Shown here in pieces: positions 32,633 through 41,903 of a stretch of DNA of 41,903 nt. This stretch comes from Octopus bimaculoides. Taxonomy: Eukaryota. Every line of letters begins with the position of its first letter. Position 1 is the stretch's first letter. The DNA is taken from positions 16,801,442 to 16,843,344 of the forward strand of contig NC_069008.1 in assembly GCF_001194135.2 (NCBI RefSeq). Reading direction: 5' to 3'. A program made the position numbers and the translations under genes. The notes under the pieces are model-generated. The model was given only the letters and a program-made list of their open reading frames with translations. It ran no database searches and had not been told where the DNA came from.

Positions 32633-35404
32633 ATGTCTGATGGCCCCAAAGAGACCCATTCTCCTCTACAAAACAATGATGTACCAGAAGCAGAAAATGT
32701 TCCAGTATCCAATGATAACAACAACATGGAGACTGATGTACCAGATGTCCCAGATGTCCCAGATGTCCCAGATGTCCCAGATGTCCCAAATGTCCCAGAT
32801 GTCACAGATGTCTCAGATGTCACAGATGTCCCAGCTGTACCAGATGTCCCAGATGTCCCAGCTGTCCCAGATGTCACAGATGTCCCAGCTGTACCAGATG
32901 TCCCAGCTGTACCAGATGTCCCAGATGTCCCAGCTGTCCCAGATGTCACAGATGTTACAGATGTCCAAACTGAAACAGATGCACCAACATCTAACAATAA
33001 CATTGTGAGTGAGAGTGACCCACCGAATGAGGTACCAAATGTTACTGAAGCATCGACCAGCAACCAGGATATGAATAACAAGGTATCGAGCACTGTAGTG
33101 TCTGCAAAATCTGATAAGGTGACCATTATTTTTTGGCTTGTATTTTTGTTTGGGCATTGGTCAGCCCCTGATTGCTGATCAGACTGATAACACTGTGTAA
33201 CAATTTTTGTTCTGGGGTAGCAACAGTTATTTCCTATTTGCTGGCCCCTAGAATCTATGAAAAATGGCTAATATTTCCTTCAAACTTTGCTTTTGTTACA
33301 TCTATTCAAACCCCAAAGAATCTCTTTCTCAACACATGGCTATGATGCTCCCCAACTACTTCTGCTCATGATCAGAGATGCACATACTGTCAGCCACTAA
33401 GGGACATGCTCAAGTGGCTAATGTCAAGCAACTGACAAGCAAATCTGTGGTATTGAGCAGAATATTTGCTATAACGATATTTCTGCTTCAGCAACTCAGA
33501 ACTGAATCTGTCTGAAATGCAATGGAAAATAGGTTGGTTTGAAAACATTGATGACCAGGTGACAAAAGCAAAGTGTGAAGGGGATAGTAGTCATTTCCTT
33601 TGGTTTCTAGATAGAAGTAGGAAATAAAACAAAAGACAAACAGCAAACAGGATTTTCTTCAAGTAATGCCTCAAGGAACTTATCATCAAACTCGACCGGA
33701 CGTCCTGTTTGATCTTTGTCTTCAAGGCTGAAATCTGCACTTCTGAATTTTGCAAACCATCTTCTGCAAGTTCTTTCATTCAGGCATTTTTTCCTATAAA
33801 CTGAGTGTATGTTTCGAGTCACTTCGGCTGCAGAGTTTCCTTTTTTGTGCTCATAGAGCATTATGTGCCTCAAATGTTCTTTGGATACTTCCATGTTAGA
33901 AAGGGTTTTAATCAAAGAAATTTTAATTCTATTATTCTGTAAAATAATATTTAATTAGTTTAAATGTACACAAATGCATAAAAATAATTTTTAATTCCAT
34001 TAGACATTCTAAAATACTATTAAATTTCATTCAAGTTTCAAAAAGGTAAAATTGGACAGAACTTATGGGATGACCTGATACACACACACACACGCACACA
34101 CACACACTGTCATCATCATCATCATCATCATCATTTAACGTCTGTTTTNNNNNNNNNNACCTGATACACACACACACACGCACACACACACACTGTCATC
34201 ATCATCATCATCATCATCATTTAACGTCTGTTTTCCATGCTGGCATGGGTTGGACGGTTTGACTGCCGTCTGGGAAGCCAGGAGGCTGCACCAGGCTCCA
34301 GTCTGATCTGGCAGTATTTCTACAGCTGGATGCCCTTCCTAATGCCAACCACTCCGAGAGTGTAGTGGGTGCTTTTTACATGTCACCGGCACAGGGGCCA
34401 GAGGGGGCTGACAACGATTGGTTGATGCTTTTTACATGCCACCGGCACAGAAGCCAGTCAAGGCGGCGCTGTCATAGGACACATTCGGATGGTGCTTTTT
34501 ACGTGCCACCAGCGCAGGGATCACAACTATAATTTCCATTTGATTTTATATATATATATATTTAGTTTAACCCTGTGCATATTTATTGTTTAGCAGGAGG
34601 GTCATGCCAACCTATCAAAATCAAGAGTACATTCTAGAAAGAGTTCTGTAACCAGCAGCAAAGCATCATCTGCTAGAAGGTTGCACTCATTGGACCTCAA
34701 CACACCCGTCTCTGGTGGAGCCCAAAAGAAAAAAAAGAAAGGTTTGTCAAAGATTCTCTTCCTTTATTTGTCTCCTTCCGTTCCATCACTCTGTTTCACC
34801 CTGTCGCACTCATATTCACTAGCAGGGCCCCATTGTAAACACTGCCGGTCACAGACACACACTACAGGGTGACCCCCTAAAAAACAGAACTCATAAAAAT
34901 TTTATTAAATCCTACAAAGGTCCTGCAAATTTCTTAAAATTTGTTGGACCTTAAACTCCAGTCTGTGTACGATTGTTCCCTTTTCATAAAAGTTATGTTC
35001 TTTTCAAAATATGCTCCAAATGGCCTCCGCGGCATTGGAGGCACACTTACATATGTCGTGCAAAATTGTCAATTACTCGAACACATTCCTCTTTCAGTGG
35101 CCAAAACTCCTGAAAAGCGATCGGGCAAGAAAGAGGACGACAAAGGTAAGATTTGACTTTTGCTCTGATTTTGTTATTGTTTATCTCCAGGTAAGCTCTA
35201 TTCTGGAATGCTTGTAATTAATGGTACTGGTTCCATGCTGATTCCATTCTATGCATCCTGTCACATCATGTTACTCCTGAGATCCTTTGAGGAACCTATT
35301 TCAGAAACAACCATTGCAGTCTTGGTCTATCACAAAGTTTCTTGCTGTTTGGTCTGGCTTATAAAAGCCATTAATTCTGTGATTCTTTCCTGCGACATTC
35401 TAAC

Positions 35405-35445
<41 letters not shown>

Positions 35446-37455
35446 GCAGCCGTAGCTGTTTGGTAAGAAGCTTGTTTCCCAACCACATGGTTCCAGGTTC
35501 AGTCCCACTGCGTGGCACCTTGGGCAGGTGTCTTCTACTATAGCCTCGAGCCGACCAAAGCCTTCTGAGTTGATTTGGTAGACGGAAACTGAAAGAAGCC
35601 TGTCGTATATATGTGTGTGTATGTGTTTGTTGTGTGTGTGTCTTTGAGTCTGTGTTTGTCCCCGCTCTGTTGCTTGACAACTGGCGTTGGTGTGTTTACG
35701 TTCCCATAACATTACCAGTTCGGCAAAAGGAGACCAATAGAATAAGTACAAGGCTTACAAAGAATACATCNNNNNNNNNNNNNNNNNNNNNNNNNNNNNN
35801 NNNNNNNNNNNNNNCTAAAATCCCTTCAAGGCAGTGCTCCAGCATGGCCGCAGCCAAATGGCCGCAGCCAAATGGCCGAAACAAGTAAAAGACCAGAAGA
35901 GTAAAAAAGCAAACTGTCTTTTATTTTATTTTATTTTATTTTATTCTATTTTGTTTTATTTTATTTTATTTTATTCTATTTTATTTTATTTTTTCTTCTC
36001 CTTTTTTTCGTCTCCCTTCAGTTCTCTACTCCACCTCCCTGGCGTCGACGCTACCAGATTTTGTGTTTCCCTTGACACTACTCGACCAGACCCAACTCAT
36101 CTTCAACTGTGTCGCAGACCACCAAATCAATGCTGAAAATCCATTCCTGATGCTCAGGAAGGACGCCATTCTTGAGGACATGAAGAACAGGGCTGCTGTC
36201 TCTGATTTCTATCCCTTCAAGGAACAAATTATTGTAAGTATGTTGCCAAATGTCTTCTTGTTGTTGTCGTTGATGTCATTTTTGCTCCTGTTATTTATTT
36301 TCCTTAGCAGGAGTGGCTGTGTGGTAAGCAGCTTGCTTACCAACCACATGGTTCTGGGTTCAGTCCCACTGTGTGGCACCTTGGGCAAGTGTCTTCTACT
36401 ATAGCCTTGGGCTGAGACCAAAGCTTTGTGAGTGGATTTAATAGATGGAAACTGAAAGAAGCCTGTTGTGTGTGTGTGTGTGTGTATACAGACATACATC
36501 ATCATCATCATCATCATCGTTTAACGTCCGCTTTCCATGCTAGCATGGGTTGGACGATTTGACTGAGGACTGGTGCAACCGGATGGCTACACCAGGCTCC
36601 AATCTAATTTGGCAGAGTTTCTACAGCTGGATGCCCTTCCTAACGCCAACCACTCAGAGAGTGTAGTGGGTGCTTTTACGTGTCACCCGCACGAAAACGG
36701 CCACGCTCATATCTATCTATCTCATGGTCACACTGAATCATTATCATTAGGGCTTTATTCATTTATTTTTTTGTTAATTGATTCTTCTAATTACTGCTTC
36801 TAATTATTTGCATTGATGACAGAAATATGCAGGAGATGAACTTATGCTGTTCTACGACCATGAATATAAATATGGTGGAAATTTTTGCATCATTTTGTCT
36901 GAAGAAGCTAAAGCGAAGATGTACCAGTTTATTAAGGTGATGTGGCATCATTAATTCTTTTATTCTTTTATTCCTTTATTCTTTGTGGCAAGAATCATTA
37001 TTGTACTGGTTAAAATGCTTGGCAGCAGTTTGTCTGTCTTCGTGTTCTGAGTTCAAATCCCAGTGAGGTCGACTTTGTCATTCGTCATTTCAGGGTTGAT
37101 GAAACAAATACCAGTTAAATGCTGGGGTTGAGGTAATCAACTAGCTCCATTTCCCAAAATTTCTGGCCTTGTGCTAAAATTTAAAACCATGTTGGTAGTC
37201 GAGTGCTGATACTTCCAAGAGCACCAATTACTATTGGTATCACGTCTACTCTCTTCGTTAACGACAACCTTCGTATTTCCCACTTCAAATCGTCACAGTT
37301 GTTTATTTTTTCTTCTTCTTTCACATTGATCCTGTTGTCACCAGGGCATCCTCTGTCGATTATCATGCATATTCTTTGCTTTGTATTCACCACAATAATG
37401 TCCGGTTTCCAAAGTCTGGTCAGGTGATTCCACTGGATCATTGCATCCCACAGGA

Positions 37456-37489
<34 letters not shown>

Positions 37490-40090
37490 GAGTTAGAGAA
37501 CAGTGCATGCGGTCAAAGTGACACTGGGGTACAAATATACAAAGCCCAGTATACCCATCATTTATTAGACATAACTAGACTGGGAAACCTTTCATACCAC
37601 CTCGTATATACACTAACATGTGCCTACTTACATAAGTAGTGCTTCAAATGTAAAACAATTATCACATCGGTAGCACGGCCAAACTGCTCTATGTCTGAGT
37701 GAAGGAACACCTCACTACTGATGTGTCTTCCTTCTGCAAACATGTAACCAAATGCAGTAATACCACCAAAGAGATAGACACCTCCATACCAGCTTTGTGG
37801 AGGAACACAGGAAGTCTTCGTATCAAAGAAGCTATATTGATCAACCTCCTTAACTGAAAAGTCAACAGTTGACCCGAGATGGGCTGGTGGCTCCTCTAAA
37901 TACATCACAGCAACTACGAACACCATCATAACATATGCCACCAGCATCATCTCCCACTGCTTCCACCACCACCACCACCACCACCACCACCANNNNNNNN
38001 NNNNNNNNNNNNNNNNNNNNNNNNNNNNNNNNNNNNNNNNNNNNNNNNNNNNNNNNNNNNNNNNNNNNNNNNNNNNNNNNNNNNNNNNNNNNNNNNNNNN
38101 NNNNNNNNNNNNNNNNNNNNNNNNNNNNNNNNNNNNNNNNNNNNNNNNNNNNNNNNNNNNNNNNNNNNNNNNNNNNNNNNNNNNNNNNNNNNNNNNNNNN
38201 NNNNNNNNNNNNNNNNNNNNNNNNNNNNNNNNNNNNNNNNNNNNNNNNNNNNNNNNNNNNNNNNNNNNNNNNNNNNNNNNNNNNNNNNNNNNNNNNNNNN
38301 NNNNNNNNNNNNNNNNNNNNNNNNNNNNNNNNNNNNNNNNNNNNNNNNNNNNNNNNNNNNNNNNNNNNNNNNNNNNNNNNNNNNNNNNNNNNNNNNNNNN
38401 NNNNNNNNNNNNNNNNNNNNNNNNNNNNNNNNNNNNNNNNNNNNNNNNNNNNNNNNNNNNNNNNNNNNNNNNNNNNNNNNNNNNNNNNNNNNNNNNNNNN
38501 NNNNNNNNNNNNNNNNNNNNNNNNNNNNNNNNNNNNNNNNNNNNNNNNNNNNNNNNNNNNNNNNNNNNNNNNNNNNNNNNNNNNNNAGAGAAATTAAGGC
38601 AAATAGACCAGATATAGTTGTCAAAGATCATGAAGGAAAAAAATGCTTTCTAATTGATGTATCAATACCAGCAGATGACGTTTCCCTAAAAGAAATGGAG
38701 AAACTTTCAAAATACAAAGACCTGGAAATAGAGGTAACTCGAATGTGGAATCTAAAAACAGAAACAATTCCTATCATAGTAGGTGCCTTAGGTATAATAA
38801 AAAAATATTCAGACAAATACATAACAAAAACACCAGGACTTACAAATATATATAACATACAGAAAATTGCACTACTGGGCACAGCACACATTCTACGCAA
38901 AACACTTTCAATACAGTGACCATAAGAGCATCACAACAAACCACAGCACATACCCAAGACGCACAGACCTGCGCTCGGTAGTGAAGTGAAAGCATGTGAT
39001 AAAAATACGACTACTGAATAATAATAATAAAAATAAATTCTGGTTTATTGGCCACAAGGTCTAATATGAAATCAAAAACATGAAAGGACAAATACAGGAC
39101 GATAAAAACAAAGGGTTTTGTGAAAAAGAAAGATCTGTGTAAACGTATGATAACAAGAGAAATATAACAAGTTAAAATCTCCCAATAGGGAGAGGCACTT
39201 TGAAAGGTTACTCATGGAAAAACCCATAAAAGCCACGGGAGCCTAGTCAAATGGGGCGAGAGCCCCTTCTCCTTTTATACTCCTTTTTTTTACAGGTGTA
39301 ATCTCATTTTATTTGTCATCAGGTGATCGTGAGCAGTAGGAAGATCAGAAAAGAATTTATGCTCCCGTGCGAGTTGGACGACGCGAAACCTGGCACGGAG
39401 AAAGACCCGTATGTTGGGTGCTTGGACAGTGTTGAAGGGGACTTCAGTCTGCAAAAGATTGAGCTGGACAGAGCTATTCAGGTAAGCCAACCTCCTCATC
39501 NNNNNNNNNNNNNNNNNNNNNNNNNNNNNNNNNNNNNNNNNNNNNNNNNNNNNNNNNNNNNNNNNNNNNNNNNNNNNNNNNNNNNNNNNNNNNNNNNNNN
39601 NNNNNNNNNNNNNNNNNNNNNNNNNNNNNNNNNNNNNNNNNNNNNNNNNNNNNNNNNNNNNNNNNNNNNNNNNNNNNNNNNNNNNNNNNNNNNNNNNNNN
39701 NNNNNNNNNNNNNNNNNNNNNNNNNNNNNNNNNNNNNNNNNNNNNNNNNNNNNNNNNNNNNNNNNNNNNNNNNNNNNNNNNNNNNNNNNNNNNNNNNNNN
39801 NNNNNNNNNNNNNNNNNNNNNNNNNNNNNNNNNNNNNNNNNNNNNNNNNNNNNNNNNNNNNNNNNNNNNNNNNNNNNNNNNNNNNNNNNNNNNNNNNNNN
39901 NNNNNNNNNNNNNNNNNNNNNNNNNNNNNNNNNNNNNNNNNNNNNNNNNNNNNNNNNNNNNNNNNNNNNNNNNNNNNNNNNNNACCACCACCACCACCAT
40001 CATCATCAACATCATCATCACCATCATCATCATTGCCATCATCTTCACACCATCATCATCATCATCACCACAACCACCACAACCACCACC

Positions 40091-40140
<50 letters not shown>

Positions 40141-41471
40141 TGCCATCATCATCACCCCCCCACCACCACCACCATCATCATTGAGGATGAGGATCTGTAT
40201 ATTGACCGAGTTTTCTTCTCTTATTTGAGCAGCTAAAAAACTGAAGGGCCTCATCAAGCCCAGGGTTTGCTGGGGTGTGATGGCATTGGGCCTAGTATCT
40301 TGATCTTCTGGGGGAAGGGGGCGCTAGGAATGTGGCCCGGGTGCCAAGAGGGCATTAGCCTGAAAAAGTTTAGGAACCACTGGTCTAGTGTAACAAGCGC
40401 CACGAGATGAACAGCTAAAAGGGCTGAAAGCCCTCTTTGCCAGGGGTCTGTTTAAGTGTCTGTGAAATAACTCATCCTGGAACTTTTTGATGTCCCCTCT
40501 GCATAACGCCTTGTTTTATTTTGCATTTCAGGCTGTCCCTACTACGAAAGACACCTTCACGCAGACGAGGTGGAAAAATCCACGGACTTCCTGTACGCAG
40601 TACATACCACGGGAATTCACTGAACAAGAGAAAGAGGAAATCCAGCAGGACCCCAAACTGCTGGAGTTCATTGTGGACGTCACCCCACTGTGAGTAACAA
40701 AGCAAAATTCACAGACAGGTCAAAAATAAATAGACATCCCACCTCCTCCCTGTTTTACCGTTTTATCCGTGCGGTCAGCACCGAGTTCTTCAAACATGGC
40801 ACAAGGCGTTTCCTTTAATTGTTTTCTTTCTCTTTTACTTGTTTCAGTCATTTGACTGTGGCCGAGATATATATATTTGACAGGAAGGACACCAAAAGAA
40901 AGAAAGAGACCTCGATATTATGCAAATAGAGGAATTTATCTGTAAAAATATGTGACACTTATTCAGTAGCCATGATAAAACTCTGAGTTTCGGATGCCAG
41001 AGTGGGAGCCCACGCCAACATCTCTTCAGTTATCCGGCTGGATAATAATAATATAAAACTCAGAGTTTTATCATGGCTACTGAATAAATTGGGCTCGACA
41101 TGGCCACTTTAAATGCTAAGGGTCACCCTTTAGCATTCAGATTATTTTGTCAAATATAGGCTTCGGTCATGAATGACCATGGGATGGCACCCAGAAAGTT
41201 CCCCTCCAAGGCACAAGTCCAGGCAAGGTTGTTTATCGAAGACCAGCAGAGTCACCCATGCATACCAGCTTCCCCTCTCCACACCACCACCACCACCACC
41301 ACCGCCATCATCAGTATTTGAACTCCGAGTGATTTCCACTTTATTGTTTGTTGTTGTAGGTTTCAGGAAGCTCTGCAGCAGAACGAAATAACGGATGTGT
41401 TCTATGACGACTGGCTCCATCTTGGGAAGGAAGTGGATATTTCCGCCGGTCACATTGACGGTCAGTTAAAG
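32633..41471 (+). CDS. DNAI3: Dynein axonemal intermediate chain 3 / WDR63 (partial, spliced). Exons: 32633-33118, 34597-34741, 35098-35145, 36022-36233, 36823-36936, [one expected exon not visible], 39323-39481, 40532-40689, 41360-41471; continues past the window
   Basis: VFPLTLLDQTQLIFNC...KDAILEDMKNRAAVSDFYP, KYAGDELMLFYDHEYKYGGNF, RKEF..P..., TQTRWKNPRTSCTQYIPREF, EALQQNEITDVFYDDW match WDR63 motifs (FPL..T..TQ.IFNC, RNRAAVSDF, YD.DFKYG.NF, TQTKW.YP.NA.TQY.PREF, ALQQNEI). Phases are consistent. Attachment of the first three exons rests on phase and splice signals only. Confidence 0.92.
32735..32965 (+). repeat. Coding 9-bp minisatellite (GATGTCCCA)n encoding about 25 D/A-V-P/T tripeptides
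   Basis: Directly visible; in frame within the 32633 exon. Confidence 0.95.
33648..34080 (-). mobile_element. Tc1/mariner transposon 5' fragment (TIR plus N-terminal HTH)
   Basis: MEVSKEHLRHIMLYEHKKGNSAAE..RNI...ERTCRRWFAKFRS.DFSLED...GRP is the mariner DNA-binding region; TA followed by TIR-like TCAGGTCATCCCATAAG at 34080-34062. Confidence 0.85.
37183..37460 (-). mobile_element. R4/Dong-like RLE LINE fragment, third subfamily
   Basis: ILWDAMIQ...KPDIIVV...MIID..CPGD...KEEEKI...VIPIVIGALGSI; begins directly after (AAT)n at 37459-37489. Confidence 0.8.
37601..37857 (+). pseudogene. Decayed GIY-YIG endonuclease (Penelope-like element relic)
   Basis: LVYTLTC...(frameshift) NNYHIGSTAKLLYV*VKEHL...SSFCKH..KC...LRIKEAILINLLN*. 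The stops are TGA at positions where CGA (Arg) is expected. Confidence 0.7.
38588..39030 (+). mobile_element. R4/Dong-like RLE LINE 3' end, near-identical to the 3100 copy
   Basis: ANRPDIVVKD...LIDVSIP...IPIIVGALG...LLGTAHILRKTL*, a short 3' UTR, then (AAT)n at about 39017-39030. Confidence 0.85.
40260..40382. mobile_element. Possible hAT/Charlie-type MITE end; similar end at about 22125-22200
   Basis: AAAAAGTTTAGGAACCACTG resembles the reverse complement of the CAGTGGTTCCCAA(C/A)C hAT terminus; the partner end was not confidently found. Confidence 0.35.
40959..41087. repeat. Perfect 32-bp inverted repeat with 65-nt spacer (MITE-like) in a DNAI3 intron
   Basis: TTATTCAGTAGCCATGATAAAACTCTGAGTTT (40959-40990) and its exact reverse complement (41056-41087). 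Confidence 0.92.
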
Positions 41472-41903
41472 GTATGGTTGAAACTGTATGAATACACATT
41501 ACAGAGATTGTTGTTGTTATTCGCTGTTGTCGTTGCCGTTTGTCTTGAATCAACGATATTACGCAGCTCCTGGACGATTATAAAGGATTAGTATAATTAT
41601 TTATCATCCAAGGGACATAGTCAACTGGTTAAGGTCAAACAACTGACAAGCAAGTCTGCGGTATTGAGCAGAATATTTGCTGTAGGCCATCTTTTATCGC
41701 AAGGCAAAACAATGTACATGATAACACTTCCAATCAGTTAAGATCAGAAGCCATGATAGCCACTGCCTGGTACTGTCTCAAGACATTGTGGTATTGAGCA
41801 GAATATTTGCTGTAGGCCATCTTTTATACCAAGACAAAAACAATGTACATGATAACACTTCCAATCAGTTCAGGTCAGAAGCCATGAGAGCCACTGCCTG
41901 GTG

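Noticed and set aside
32517-33157. Alternative-frame ORFs MSQMSQ (plus) and GTSGTS / WDIWDI (minus)
   Set aside because: By-products of the stop-free 9-bp repeat; only the DVP frame has an acceptor/ATG and an in-phase donor.
34070-34233. Exact ~70-bp direct repeat either side of an 11-N gap
   Set aside because: Typical unmerged contig overlap, an assembly artefact.
34941-35097. Longer DNAI3 exon starting at the acceptor near 34961
   Set aside because: No homology support; the acceptor at 35097 has a better pyrimidine tract and gives the required phase.
37632-37895. Nested antisense gene exon with a kelch-like GGVYLFGG motif
   Set aside because: The opposite strand carries ordered GIY-YIG motifs, which explain the sequence better; no partner exons found.
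1425-40257. Long ORFs spanning N runs (e.g. 1425-2495, 4587-5483, 17127-17756, 37935-38597, 39290-40048)
   Set aside because: Artefacts of translating gaps and flanking microsatellites.
1-41903. 5S rRNA gene, snRNA or other rRNA near the TFIIIA gene
   Set aside because: No recognisable 5S, snRNA or rRNA sequence in the called bases; the gaps cannot be assessed.

Overview
Eukaryotic, intron-rich, gapped (many N runs), microsatellite- and SINE-dense window. The repeat landscape suggests a coleoid cephalopod such as Octopus (inference). By hand-splicing I can support four protein-coding genes and one tRNA: (1) FBXO4 on the minus strand (4 visible exons; 3' end runs off the window, 5' end lies in a gap); (2) a TFIIIA/GTF3A homologue whose 749-aa CDS is a single exon, with the canonical 9 fingers plus 4 extra C-terminal C2H2 fingers; (3) WDR61/SKI8 on the plus strand (10 coding exons, one intron with U12 minor-spliceosome signals); (4) tRNA-Cys(GCA) on the minus strand, head-to-head with (5) DNAI3/WDR63, which has an RFX X-box-like promoter motif and a long acidic (D-V-P)n N-terminal extension. 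The rest is tRNA-headed SINEs, 5'-truncated RLE-type (R4/Dong-like) LINE ends sitting in (TAA)n, RTE tails, mariner and GIY-YIG relics, several long inverted repeats and an E-box-rich palindromic minisatellite. I see no multi-gene novel system. The most unusual items are the extended intronless TFIIIA, the DNAI3 extension, the U12 intron and the structured repeats. Gene names rest on remembered similarity to vertebrate proteins, not on a database search.
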